A stretch of 64,000 nucleotides of DNA from Acidobacteriota bacterium (GTDB lineage: Bacteria; Acidobacteriota; Thermoanaerobaculia; UBA5066), in assembly GCA_029567505.1 (NCBI GenBank), contig JAKPXO010000168.1, positions 2,828 through 66,827 of the forward strand, written 5' to 3'. The position numbers and the translations under genes were made by a program. The notes below the pieces were generated by a model. It saw nothing but the letters and a program-made list of their open reading frames with translations, had not been told where the DNA came from and ran no database searches. Of this stretch, positions 9,596-19,172 are shown one piece after another; position 1 is the stretch's first letter, and each line of letters opens with the position of its first letter.

Positions 9596-10536
9596 GGAGC
9601 CTCCGCCTCCGCCTCCGCGCCTGGGTCGTGGTGACGACGACCGTCGCCGTCGGAGCGGTGACGGCGGCGGGAAGCCTCGAGGAGCGACGGCAGATCCGAC
9701 GCGCCGAGTCGGCGTACATCGGTGCGTTCCTCGAGCACCTGGCTGCGATGCCGGAGCTTCGGAGCGACTCTTCCACGGTGCAAGCGCACCTCGGTGCCCT
9801 GTCGGGCTCCCTCGCGAGGGCCGGGGGAAAGGTCGCGCTCGTAGCCTTGAAGCCTTCCGATCCGGTCCCGCTCGGCGCCGGGGCCGTCGCCTGCCAGCGT
9901 CTTTCCCTCTCGGACGGCGAGTGGGCGCTGCACTACTGGAGCGACGGCCGATACGTCCGGGCGCAGGTCCGGCGGGCGTTGCTCACGCGGCTCCTGCTCG
10001 CCGTCGGCCTCGTCCTCGCCATCGTCGCAGGGCTCGAATGGATGCTCCGTCGAAACCTCCTCCGACCGCTCTCGACGATCTCGCGCCAGATCGAGCGGAT
10101 CACGGAAGGCGGAGGCTGGCTCGCGCACGTTCCCGACACGGATGAGGAGCTCCAGCGGCTGACACGAGCGCTTCGGGCGCTCGGACCCGGGCTCGAGGAG
10201 CAGACTCGCCAGTGGATCGAGACCGAGCGACGCGTCGCCGCGGCGTCGGTCCTCGCGGGAGTCCGGGCGGTGACCCTCGAGCCGCTTCGATCCGCGCAGC
10301 TCGAGCTGAGCCTGGCGGAGGCGGCTCTCACCACTGACGCCGCGACGAAGACGCGGCTGCGACGCGCTGCCCGTGCCGTCCACCGGTTGACCGAGACTCT
10401 GCGCGACGCGGAGGCCACCTGGTTCCGCGCTCGTGGCGGCGCCGGCGTCTCGACGGACGAGAGCCGTGCCCGAGCGGCGAAAGGGGAGGCCCGTGCTCTT
10501 CGCCCGACGGCCTCAGGGAGCGTGGAGCCCGGCTGA
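9592..10536 (+). CDS. membrane sensor with HAMP domain and degenerate HisKA-like region, no ATPase domain
   Basis: ATG overlaps the upstream TGA. Two TM segments flank a ~120-aa periplasmic region. HAMP (MLRRNLLRPLSTISRQIERITEGGG) is followed by a coiled coil. A HisKA-like stretch VTLEPLRSAQLEL has Thr where the phospho-His should be. No HATPase_c domain. Confidence 0.6.
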   Translation: MRSLRLRLRAWVVVTTTVAVGAVTAAGSLEERRQIRRAESAYIGAFLEHLAAMPELRSDSSTVQAHLGALSGSLARAGGKVALVALKPSDPVPLGAGAVACQRLSLSDGEWALHYWSDGRYVRAQVRRALLTRLLLAVGLVLAIVAGLEWMLRRNLLRPLSTISRQIERITEGGGWLAHVPDTDEELQRLTRALRALGPGLEEQTRQWIETERRVAAASVLAGVRAVTLEPLRSAQLELSLAEAALTTDAATKTRLRRAARAVHRLTETLRDAEATWFRARGGAGVSTDESRARAAKGEARALRPTASGSVEPG

Positions 10537-10869
10537 GGCCCGCTCCCCTTGCCAGCGCCGCCCGGCGAGCCCCGCTTCCGCGAGGCCGACCTTCCGCATC
10601 AGCGAGGCTACGTCGCGGCGACACGTGTCATCGTGACGACGGCCTCGACGAGAGCGGCACCGACCAGGCTGACGTCTACGGAGGAGGCCACAGGGCGGCG
10701 GCGAGCCCAGGTCGTGAGACGCTCTCCGGCCGACGGACGAACGGCATTCACGGGGCGTAGCACGCGACGGCGGCGAATCTCGGCGGCGAGGGCCCGGGCG
10801 GCGGAAGACCGGGCCGGGGGGCCGCTTCGCCTGGATCCCGCGACTGACGGTCGAGAGGGCTTGCCCGGC

Positions 10870-11085
10870 GGCTCGGTTGGGGCGGAAGGGCTTCTCCCGG
10901 CCGAGCTCCTGGCCCATCCTCCTGACGCTGTTGCCGTCGCGTGCCGGAAAGGGGCTCCGGCCCCTGAGGATCTCGCACAGCAGAATCCCGAGCGAGAAGC
11001 CGTCGAAGGCGGTCTCGGCCACGGCGCCTCAGGCCCGCTCGGGTGAGGTGTACGAGGGGGCCCCGGCGACGCCGCGGGCCTCAGC
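10870..11085 (-). pseudogene. remnant of a Ser/Thr protein kinase (activation-loop to alphaF region) interrupted by in-frame TGA
   Basis: The minus strand reads ...GVAGAPSYTSPERA*GAVAETAFDGFSLGILLCEILRGRSPF, aligning with kinase subdomains VIII–IX (GTPxYMAPE...DIWSLGVILYELLTGRPPF). The TGA is at 11029-11031. No HRD/DFG upstream and no sensible C-lobe downstream. Confidence 0.45.
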
Positions 11086-11359
11086 GGCGCCGAGGCGTGC
11101 GGCCGTCCTCGAGCGTCTCTTCCTCGTCCATCACCCCGTCCTTCAGGGTCGCGGCTGTTCCGCCGGCGTTCGCCGGGCCGCCCGGAGGGCCGCGCGAAGT
11201 CGAGCCGGGCGCGACGAAAGCGGGGGGCTGGCGGCGTCCGCTCCCCCTCGGAGACCTCGAGGCTCTGCGAAGGGACGGGGACGCCGCCGCCGCCTCGGGG
11301 GTGACTGCTTTGCCGAGCTCGGCGCGACCCCGAGGCGGGGGCAGAGCCCGGGCTGCCCG

Positions 11360-11884
11360 TTAGTGCTCTCCGTGTCCGGACCGTCCGGAGCCGCACCCGC
11401 CGCCTCGTCTCGGTGGCGCGGCGTCATCGTGTCCTTCGCCCCCGACCCCAGAGGCGACGCCGAGCGTCCGTTCCGCGGCCGCGATCGCGACGTCGAAGCT
11501 CTCGGCGAATGCCGGCAGCGACGCGTCTGCGAGGCCACGGAGGTTCGCGACGCTCTCGCGGGCGGCGGCCGACACCTTCCCCGCGAACCCGGAGCCACCG
11601 TCCCCCGTGAAGTCCGCGTCCACGAGCGCGGCCCGGAGCCCTCGATGCACGCCGGCATACTCGTCGACCGCACGGTTCAGACGATCGAGGTCGCGTGAGC
11701 GGGCGGCTGCCCGAACGGCCCGCAGTGCGGACGCCTCATCGCGGAGCAGAGCCCGAGCGCCGCGGGCGGAGGCGGACGGGGGCTCGGTCCGCGGTGCCGG
11801 CCCCGGCTCGCCGTGAACGTGCTCCTGTGCCGGTGCCGAGGCGTTGACCAGCAGGACGAAGAGGAGGATCGCCGGGGTGCGCAT
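11360..11884 (-). CDS. secreted hypothetical protein with His-rich ends
   Basis: Signal peptide MRTPAILLFVLLVNASAPAQ, then EHVHGEP. The C-terminal tail is GEGHDD...GCGSGRSGHGEH. It is the last gene of the cus string. Confidence 0.5.
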   Translation of the reverse strand: MRTPAILLFVLLVNASAPAQEHVHGEPGPAPRTEPPSASARGARALLRDEASALRAVRAAARSRDLDRLNRAVDEYAGVHRGLRAALVDADFTGDGGSGFAGKVSAAARESVANLRGLADASLPAFAESFDVAIAAAERTLGVASGVGGEGHDDAAPPRRGGGCGSGRSGHGEH

Positions 11885-11895
11885 CGTTCGCCTCC

Positions 11896-12375
11896 TCAGA
11901 AGACGACGTTCTTGTGGTCCATGCCGCCGCAGCCGTTCTTCGCGAACGGGCGGTTGCAGCCGCCCTTGAAGCAGGCGTCACCCGTGTAGCCGGCCGGCCC
12001 GATGAACTTTACCCAGTCGAGGACCGCCGACTTGAGCTCGGCGGCGTTCGCCCCCTTCACGACGAGCATGTAGTTCGAGAGGCCCCAGATCGTCATCGCC
12101 ATGTTGCACGGGCAGCAGCAGGTCTTCATCGAGAACTTCTTGCAGCAGACCGTCGGGATGGCGGAGAGGACGTCATCTTTGATCTTCTCCTGCTCCGGCG
12201 CGAGGCTCATGTCGGCGTACCGCATGAACTCGAGCGTCTGGGCCTTCACGTCCTTGAAGACGGGCGTCTTCGAGGCGGCCCTGGACGGGGCGGTCGGGCC
12301 GGCCAGGGCCGAAGCGGAGAGGACGGCGGCCGCGAGGGCGGCGGTCCAGCGAGGGAGGGGGGAGGCGTGATTCAT
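11896..12375 (-). CDS. secreted Cys-rich hypothetical protein (CCKKFSMKTCCCPC motif)
   Basis: Signal peptide. Clustered cysteines (VCCKKFSMKTCCCPC, CFKGGC, GCGG). It lies 40 nt downstream of the cusA stop on the same strand. Confidence 0.55.
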   Translation of the reverse strand: MNHASPLPRWTAALAAAVLSASALAGPTAPSRAASKTPVFKDVKAQTLEFMRYADMSLAPEQEKIKDDVLSAIPTVCCKKFSMKTCCCPCNMAMTIWGLSNYMLVVKGANAAELKSAVLDWVKFIGPAGYTGDACFKGGCNRPFAKNGCGGMDHKNVVF

Positions 12376-12414
12376 GTCGTGACTCCTGCTTCCGTCAGTT
12401 CGGTTCGATCGGTG

Positions 12415-15400
12415 TCAGGCGGGAAGTGCCGCGCCCTCGAGGCTCGGCTCCGAGTGATCGGGCCCGGGTTTCGGGAGGCTTCGCTGCTTCCAGAGCATGT
12501 AGATGGCGGGATAGACGAGGAGCTCCAGGAGAAACGACGTCGCGAGGCCGCCCACCATCGGGGCGGCGATCCGCTTCATGACGTCGGAGCCGGCCCCGAC
12601 CGACCACATGATCGGGATGAGCCCGAGCATCGCGGCGAAGACGGTCATCGCCTTCGGGCGGACGCGCTTCACGGCGCCGTGGATGATTGCCTCGACCAGC
12701 TCGGCCTTGTTCCGCAGGAGACCCCTGGCCTTCGCCTCGTCGTAGGAGAGGTCGAGGAAAAGCAGCATGAAGATGCCCGTCTCGGCGTCGAGGCCCATGA
12801 GGGCGATGATCCCGACCCAGACGGCGATCGACGTGTTGTAGCCGAGGATCCAGAGGAACCAGACCGCGCCGATGATCGAGAAGGGGACGGCGAGGAGGAC
12901 GATGAACGTCTTCATCGCCGACTTCGTGTTCATGTACATCAGGAGCCAGATCAGGACGAGCGTGATCGGGATGACGACCTTCAGGCGTTCCCGCACGCGG
13001 ATCATGTTCTCGAACTGGCCGCTCCAGACGAGCGTGTACCCCTGCGGGAGCGTGACCCGCTCCGCGACCGCCTTCTTCGCTTCCTCGACGAAGCCGCCGA
13101 CGTCCTCCTTCGAGGTGTCGAAGTCGACGTAGACGTAGCCCGAGAGGAGCCCGTTCTCGTTCCGGATCATCGAGGGGCCCTGGACGAGCCGGATGTCGGC
13201 GAGCTGGCCCATCGGGACCTGGGCTCCCGACATCGTCGGGACGAGGACCCGCTCGAGGCGCGAGACGTCCTCGCGAAGCTCGCGGGGGTAGCGGAGGGAG
13301 ACGGAGTACCGCTCGCGCCCCTTGATGACCGTCGTGATCGGCTCGCCTCCGATCGCCGTCATCACGACCATGTTCGCGTCGTCGACCGTCAGGCCGTAGC
13401 GGGCGAGCTGGTCGCGCTTGAGCTCGAAGTCGATGAAGTAGCCGCCCGCGACCCGCTCGGCGAACGCCGATCGCGTGGCCGGTACGCTCCTCACGGCGGA
13501 CTCGACCTCCTTGCCGATCCGCTCGATCTCCTCGAGGTCCGAGCCGAAGACCTTGATCCCGATCGGCGTGCGGATCCCGGTCGAGAGCATGTCGATGCGG
13601 GCCTTGATCGGCATCGTCCAGGCATTCGTCGTCCCTGGGATCTTCAGCGCCCGGTCCATCTCGTCGACCAGCTCCTCGTGGGAGATCCGGTCCCGCCAGA
13701 CGTGCCGGAAGACCGACGCGAGCCACTCGGGCGCCCACCCGCTGTACCAGCGTTCGCGGGGGCGCCACTCGCTCTCGGGCTTGAGGATGACGGTCGTCTC
13801 CATCATCGAGAACGGGGCCGGGTCGGTCGCGCTGTCGGCGCGGCCGGCCTTCCCGAAGACGCGCTCGACCTCCGGGAACGATCGCAGAATCCGATCCTGC
13901 ACCTGCAGGAGACGGTCGGCCTCGGTCACCGAGATGCCGGGCAGGGTCGTCGGCATGTAGAGGATGCTCCCCTCGTAGAGGGGCGGCATGAACTCCGAGC
14001 CGAGCCTCAGGAAGACCGGCACCGTCGCCGCCATCGCGAGGAGCGCGGCCGCGATCGTCGTCTTCGGGTGCCTCAGGACGAGGCGGCAGGGGGGCTCGTA
14101 GATCCGGTGGAGGAGGCGGCTGACGGGGTGCTTCTCCTCCGCGTAGTACGTCCCGACCGTGATCTGGTTGACGACCCAGGCGAGCCACTTCGGCCGGAAG
14201 CGGAAGTAGTCCATCCGGGCGAAGAGCATCCGCATCGCGGGGTCGAGGGTGATGGCGAGGAACGCCGCGATCGCCATCGCGAGGTTCTTCGAGTAGGCGA
14301 GCGGCTTGAAGAGGCGCCCTTCCTGGTCGACGAGCGTGAAGACGGGGAGGAAGGCGACCGCGATGACGAGGAGCGAGAAGAAGACGGACGGCCCGACCTC
14401 CATGAGGGCCTCGAGACGGACCTTGTGGAAGTCTCCGGGCCTCCCCCCGTCGTTCCAGAGCTGGAGCTTCTTGTAGGCGTTCTCGACCTCGACGATCGCC
14501 CCGTCGACGAGGACGCCGATCGAGATCGCGATGCCCGCGAGCGACATGATGTTGATCGTCAGCCCCATCTGCCCGAACGGGATGAAAGCGAGGACGACCG
14601 AGATCGGGATCGTGAGGATGGGGACGATCGCGCTCGGGAAGTGCCAGAGGAAGATGAGGATGATGATCGAGACGACGATGATCTCCTCGATCAGCTTGGC
14701 CTTCAGGTTCTCGACCGAACGCTCGATCAGGTCGGAGCGGTCGTAGGTCGTGACGACCTTGACGCCCTTCGGCAGGGACGGCTCGATGTCCTTCAGCTTC
14801 TTCTTCACCCGCTCGATGACGTTGAGGGCGTTCTCCCCGCTCCGCATCACGACGATGCCGCCGACGACATCCCCCTTGCCGTCGAGGTCCGCGATCCCGC
14901 GCCGGATCTCGGGGCCGAGCGAGACCCGCCCGACGTCTCCGATGGTGAGCGGCGTACCGCGTTCGTTCGTCTTCAGGACGACCTGCTCGAGGTCCTTCAC
15001 GCTCTTCAGGTACCCGCGCCCGCGGACCATGTACTCCCGGCCGGAGAGCTCGATGAGCCGCCCGCCCACCTCCTCGTTGCTCATCCGGATCGCCTCGGCG
15101 ACGCGGGAGAGCGGCACGCCGTAGGCGGAGAGGACGTTCGGGTCGATCGTGACCTGGTATTGCCGCTGCGTCCCGCCGACCGTGGCCACTTCCGCCACGC
15201 CCGGCACGGACTGGACCGCGTACTTGAGGAACCAGTCCTGATACGACCTCAGCTCGTCGGTCGTGTTCGTCCCCGACTCGTCGACGAGGGCGTACTGAAA
15301 GACCCACCCGACGCTCGTCGCGTCGGAGCCCATCTCGGTCTTGACCCCCTGGGGGAGGCTCCCCTGGATCTTGGAGAGGTATTCGAGGACGCGCGAGCGG

Positions 15401-15744
15401 GCCCAGTAGAGGTCCGTGCCGTCCTCGAAGATGACGTAGACGTAGGAGAAGCCGAAGTCGGAGGAGCCCCGGATCGTCTTGACCTTCGGCGCGCCCAGGA
15501 GCGCGGTGACGATCGGGTAGGTGACCTGGTCCTCGATGATGTCGGGGCTCCGGTCCCACTTCGAATAGATGATGACCTGCGTGTCGGACTGGTCCGGGAT
15601 CGCGTCGAGGGGCGTGCGCTTCATGACCCAGACGGCGATCAGGACCGCGACGACGTACAGGGAGAGGACGAGGTACTTGTTCTCGGCCGAGAAGCGGATG
15701 ATCCGCTTGATGACTCCGCCTTCTCCGGGGCTCGCGTGACTCAT
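12415..15744 (-). CDS. cusA: CusA-type heavy-metal efflux RND permease (HME-RND)
   Basis: The N-terminus MSHASPGEGGVIKRIIRFSAENKYLVLSLYVV...DAIPDQSDTQVIIYS...YVYVIFEDGTDLYWARSRVLEYL is close to E. coli CusA. 12 TM segments. RBS AAGGAGG sits before the ATG. The track ORF 12415..17115 runs through into cusB only because it starts upstream. Confidence 0.95.
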   Translation of the reverse strand: MSHASPGEGGVIKRIIRFSAENKYLVLSLYVVAVLIAVWVMKRTPLDAIPDQSDTQVIIYSKWDRSPDIIEDQVTYPIVTALLGAPKVKTIRGSSDFGFSYVYVIFEDGTDLYWARSRVLEYLSKIQGSLPQGVKTEMGSDATSVGWVFQYALVDESGTNTTDELRSYQDWFLKYAVQSVPGVAEVATVGGTQRQYQVTIDPNVLSAYGVPLSRVAEAIRMSNEEVGGRLIELSGREYMVRGRGYLKSVKDLEQVVLKTNERGTPLTIGDVGRVSLGPEIRRGIADLDGKGDVVGGIVVMRSGENALNVIERVKKKLKDIEPSLPKGVKVVTTYDRSDLIERSVENLKAKLIEEIIVVSIIILIFLWHFPSAIVPILTIPISVVLAFIPFGQMGLTINIMSLAGIAISIGVLVDGAIVEVENAYKKLQLWNDGGRPGDFHKVRLEALMEVGPSVFFSLLVIAVAFLPVFTLVDQEGRLFKPLAYSKNLAMAIAAFLAITLDPAMRMLFARMDYFRFRPKWLAWVVNQITVGTYYAEEKHPVSRLLHRIYEPPCRLVLRHPKTTIAAALLAMAATVPVFLRLGSEFMPPLYEGSILYMPTTLPGISVTEADRLLQVQDRILRSFPEVERVFGKAGRADSATDPAPFSMMETTVILKPESEWRPRERWYSGWAPEWLASVFRHVWRDRISHEELVDEMDRALKIPGTTNAWTMPIKARIDMLSTGIRTPIGIKVFGSDLEEIERIGKEVESAVRSVPATRSAFAERVAGGYFIDFELKRDQLARYGLTVDDANMVVMTAIGGEPITTVIKGRERYSVSLRYPRELREDVSRLERVLVPTMSGAQVPMGQLADIRLVQGPSMIRNENGLLSGYVYVDFDTSKEDVGGFVEEAKKAVAERVTLPQGYTLVWSGQFENMIRVRERLKVVIPITLVLIWLLMYMNTKSAMKTFIVLLAVPFSIIGAVWFLWILGYNTSIAVWVGIIALMGLDAETGIFMLLFLDLSYDEAKARGLLRNKAELVEAIIHGAVKRVRPKAMTVFAAMLGLIPIMWSVGAGSDVMKRIAAPMVGGLATSFLLELLVYPAIYMLWKQRSLPKPGPDHSEPSLEGAALPA

Positions 15745-15755
15745 CGCGGCCTCCT

Positions 15756-17237
15756 TTAGTGTGCGTGGCCGGCGGGGGGCGGCGCGGGGGCCGGAGCGGC
15801 CGCCGGAGCGCGGGCGCCCTCCGGGCTGCCGGCGGGCTTCGCGGCGGGCGCTGGCGCCATCGCGGCGAGGGCCGCCTTCAGGCGCGACTCGGAGTCGACG
15901 AGGAAGCTCGCGCCGCGCGCGAGGACGTCGCCGGCCGAAAGGCCCGACGTCACCTCGACGAGGCCCTCGGCCTGGTCGCCGACCTCGATCTCGCGCGGCA
16001 CAAGGCGGCCCTCCGCCTCCACGAGGAAGACGACCTTGCGCTGGCCGCTGTCGATGACGACGTCGTCGGGAACGACGAGGGCCTGGCGGGGCGCACCCTC
16101 GAGGAGGACCTGCGCGAACATCTCCGGCTTGAGCGTCCCGCCCGGGTTCGGCAGCTCGAGGCGGACCTTGACGGTGCGGGTCGCCTCGTCGACGGCCGGG
16201 TAGACGTACGTGACGCGTCCCGACCAGGAGCGCCCGGGCCAGTACGCGAGGGTGACGGTCGCCTTCTGCCCGACGGCGAGGCGCGGCAGCTCGTACTCGT
16301 AGACGTCGGCGAGCACCCAGACGGTCGAGAGGTCGACGATGTCGAAGAGCGTGTCGGAAGGCATGACCTTCATTCCGTGATAGGCCATTCGGCCCGTCAC
16401 GAATCCCGAGATCGGGGCGTAGACGTTGAGCGTCCGGGTCGGCTCGCCGCGCCTTTCGAGCGCGTCGACGTCGGCCGGGCGGATGTCCCAGAGGAGGAGC
16501 CGCTGCCTCGCGGCGGCGAGGAGGTCCTCCCCTCCCTTCGCCACGCCGTCGGCGCGAGATCCGGCCAGGGACCGCGACGCCGCGAGGGCGAGGAGGTACT
16601 CCTTCTGTGTCGCGTAGAGGTCCGGGCTGTAGACCTTCGCGAGGACCTCTCCCTTCCGGACGAACTTCCCGGTGAAGTCCGCGGTGACGTCCTCGACGTA
16701 CGCCTCGTAGCGCGTGTGGACGTGGTGGACGCGGCGCTCGTCGTACGCGACGCGGCCGACGGTGCGGATCGACGTCGCGAACGGGGCGTGCTCGACCGTG
16801 ACCGTCCTGAGGCCCAGGAGCTGCCGCTTCGTGGCGTCGATCGTGACCGGCGCGAGCCCGGCCGGCCCCGCGGCGCCGTCGAGCTCGTCCTGGTAGACCG
16901 GGACGAAGTCCATCCCCATCGCGTCCTTCTTCGGCGTCGGGGAGGTCTCGTTCGGGTCCATCGGCGAGCGGTGGAACGCGACGCGCCGCTCCCCGGGGGC
17001 GGAGGGGGCCGCGGCCTGGGCGGCCGGCTTCTCCTCCTCGATCGGAACGAGCTTCATCCCGCAGATCGGGCAGTCGCCCGGGCCGTCCTTGACGATCTCC
17101 GGGTGCATCGGGCACTGATAGCGCTCGACGTGGGCCGAATGGGACCCGCTCTTCGAGCAGGCGGTCAGCAGGGTGACGGAGCCGGCGGCCAGAGCGAGCC
17201 CGGCGGCGAGGGCGACGGAGAGAGTCCGCTTGTTCAT
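15756..17237 (-). CDS. cusB: CusB/CzcB-type periplasmic adaptor with N-terminal heavy-metal-binding domain
   Basis: Lipoprotein signal (LLTAC). CPMHPEIVKDGPGDCPICGMKL motif. HlyD-type barrel-sandwich and beta-barrel regions follow. Confidence 0.9.
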   Translation of the reverse strand: MNKRTLSVALAAGLALAAGSVTLLTACSKSGSHSAHVERYQCPMHPEIVKDGPGDCPICGMKLVPIEEEKPAAQAAAPSAPGERRVAFHRSPMDPNETSPTPKKDAMGMDFVPVYQDELDGAAGPAGLAPVTIDATKRQLLGLRTVTVEHAPFATSIRTVGRVAYDERRVHHVHTRYEAYVEDVTADFTGKFVRKGEVLAKVYSPDLYATQKEYLLALAASRSLAGSRADGVAKGGEDLLAAARQRLLLWDIRPADVDALERRGEPTRTLNVYAPISGFVTGRMAYHGMKVMPSDTLFDIVDLSTVWVLADVYEYELPRLAVGQKATVTLAYWPGRSWSGRVTYVYPAVDEATRTVKVRLELPNPGGTLKPEMFAQVLLEGAPRQALVVPDDVVIDSGQRKVVFLVEAEGRLVPREIEVGDQAEGLVEVTSGLSAGDVLARGASFLVDSESRLKAALAAMAPAPAAKPAGSPEGARAPAAAPAPAPPPAGHAH

Positions 17238-17247
17238 CTTTCGATTC

Positions 17248-18582
17248 CTACATCTTTGAGGGAGAGGCCGACGAGGCCGGGCCGGCGGACGGCATGGCCG
17301 GAGTCATCGCGCCGGAGCCGCGCTCCAGGGAAAGCTCGTCGAGGTCGGCCCGGGCCCGCAGGAGGCCGGCGAGCCGGCCCACCGCGGAGCGGCGGTCGGC
17401 GAAGTAGGTGCCAAGAGCCTCGAGGACGGAGACGAAGGGGACGGAGCCGGTGCGATAGCTCGCGAGCGCCGATTCGACGGAGAGCCGGTCCTGCTCGAGG
17501 AGGCCTTCGGCGTCGAGCCGGGCCTCGGCGGCGAGGCGGCGGAGGCGGACCAGGCGCTCTTCCGTCAGGGCCTCGACGAAGCGGCGCAGGGAGGCCTCGG
17601 TCGCGGCGGCGGCCGACGTGAGCCGTTCCGCTTCGGCGATGAGGGGGCGCTGCTTCCGTCCCGCCCAGAGCGGGACGGTGACACCGACGCTCGCGGACCA
17701 CATGAGGGGGAGACGGCCCCGGTTCATGTAGCCGGCGGAGGCGACGAAATCGGGCTTCAGGTTCCGGCGGGCGAGGTCGGCGCCCAGCCGCTCCCGCTCC
17801 TTCGCGAGCGCCGCCTCTCGAAGCTCCGGCGTCGCCTCGAGCGCGCGCGCGATCGACTCCCGGGTCGACGGGACGAGCAGCAGCTCACCCGGAACGAGCC
17901 GTGCCTCGGTCGGGACGGGCGCGTCCGCCGGGCGGTAGAGGAGCTGGCGGACCTCGGAGAGGGCGGTCTCCTCGGCCGCGCGGTCCGCCTCGCGCTGCTG
18001 GGCCAGCCGCGTCCGCTCGGCTTGCGCGCGAAGGACGTCCTGCTGCGTGGCGAGGCCCGCGGCGTAGCGGGCCCGGCTCACCTCCTCGATCCCCTTCCAG
18101 GTCGAGAGCTGCTCCTCGACGAGGCGGAGGTTCTCTCGGGCCTCGAGGAGGCCGGCGTAGGCGCGGCGGACGGCGCCCGTGAGCGAAAGGACCGCCCGGT
18201 CCGGGAGCGTGGCGGCCCGCTCGGCGTCCTTCGTGGCGATCTCCTCGGCGAGCCGGAGCTTCCCGGGGAACGGGAGCTGCTGCTCGGCCATCAGGGAGAG
18301 CCGCGTCATCTCCATCTCGCCCAGCGAGAAGGCCGTGCCGTCGTTCTCGTACGAGAGGGACACCATCGGGTCGGGGAGCGCGCCCGCGGGTCGGACCCGC
18401 TCACGTGCGGCGGACGCGAGGTCCCGCGCCGCGCGCAGCTCGGGGTTCTTCTCGAGGGCCTCCGCCACGAGGCGGTCCACCTCGGTGGACGCCGAGGCCT
18501 GGGCGTGGAGGAGCTGGATGGGGAGGAGCAGCAGGGCGGCCGAGAAGAGCGCCAGGCTTCGGCCACGCGGTCGTACGGGCAT
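17248..18582 (-). CDS. cusC: TolC-family outer-membrane efflux protein (CusC/CzcC-like)
   Basis: Signal peptide. Two outer-membrane-factor repeats with the typical coiled-coil composition. Confidence 0.85.
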   Translation of the reverse strand: MPVRPRGRSLALFSAALLLLPIQLLHAQASASTEVDRLVAEALEKNPELRAARDLASAARERVRPAGALPDPMVSLSYENDGTAFSLGEMEMTRLSLMAEQQLPFPGKLRLAEEIATKDAERAATLPDRAVLSLTGAVRRAYAGLLEARENLRLVEEQLSTWKGIEEVSRARYAAGLATQQDVLRAQAERTRLAQQREADRAAEETALSEVRQLLYRPADAPVPTEARLVPGELLLVPSTRESIARALEATPELREAALAKERERLGADLARRNLKPDFVASAGYMNRGRLPLMWSASVGVTVPLWAGRKQRPLIAEAERLTSAAAATEASLRRFVEALTEERLVRLRRLAAEARLDAEGLLEQDRLSVESALASYRTGSVPFVSVLEALGTYFADRRSAVGRLAGLLRARADLDELSLERGSGAMTPAMPSAGPASSASPSKM

Positions 18583-18643
18583 TCGGCACCTCGTGTTCGG
18601 TCCGGGAACGGGCGGGGGTTACGGCCGAAGGGACGTGGAGCGA

Positions 18644-19141
18644 TCAGTTCCGCAGGACGCAGTTCCGAAGGTGCAGCGACTCACACTTGCCGGGAGACAC
18701 CGGCAGGCGGGTTTCCGTTCGGGCGTCTCCGTGAGGGGTGCCCGAGGCGACGAACGGGGAAGCGGTCGCGGGCGGACCGGCCGATGCGCGTTCGACGCTT
18801 CCCTCCGTCGCGACGAGAGCGGCGCGCAGCGGCAGAGCGGGACCGACGGTGCAGCCGCACCCGCCGACGCGGGCCAGAGAAGAGCCCGGGTCCTCGCCCT
18901 GGCCGTGTCCTTCCGTCGACGGCAGGCACCCGGGGCAGCCGGGGGCGGGACGATCGGCGCCCTGGCAGCAGGGCGAATCCGCCGGACAGACCGAGGCGAG
19001 CCCGGGCGGCACGAGGAGGATCGTGAGGACTCCGGCCGTCGCGAGGGCGAGCGCCGCCCGAAGCACGCTTCGGCCCCGGCCGGCCTCCGGCCGCCCTGGC
19101 TGAGGCGGGGAGGCGATCGGCGAGAGGGGGGGCGCGCTCAT
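18644..19141 (-). CDS. membrane-anchored Cys-rich hypothetical protein upstream of cusC
   Basis: RBS GAGGAAG sits 4 nt before the ATG. A TM helix (VLRAALALATAGVLTILLV) is followed by CPADSPCCQGADRPAPGCPGCLP and GGCGCT. The stop is 62 nt from the cusC start. Confidence 0.4.
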   Translation of the reverse strand: MSAPPLSPIASPPQPGRPEAGRGRSVLRAALALATAGVLTILLVPPGLASVCPADSPCCQGADRPAPGCPGCLPSTEGHGQGEDPGSSLARVGGCGCTVGPALPLRAALVATEGSVERASAGPPATASPFVASGTPHGDARTETRLPVSPGKCESLHLRNCVLRN

Positions 19142-19172
19142 GACTTCCTCGCCGGGAAGGATGCCGCGCGAA

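Noticed and set aside
11914-15759. 1281-aa plus-strand ORF, plus 12395..15559 - and 15759..17621 +, across cusA/cusB
   Set aside because: Antisense or out of frame to unmistakable CusA/CusB coding sequence. Compositionally junk, with RGD-rich repeats.
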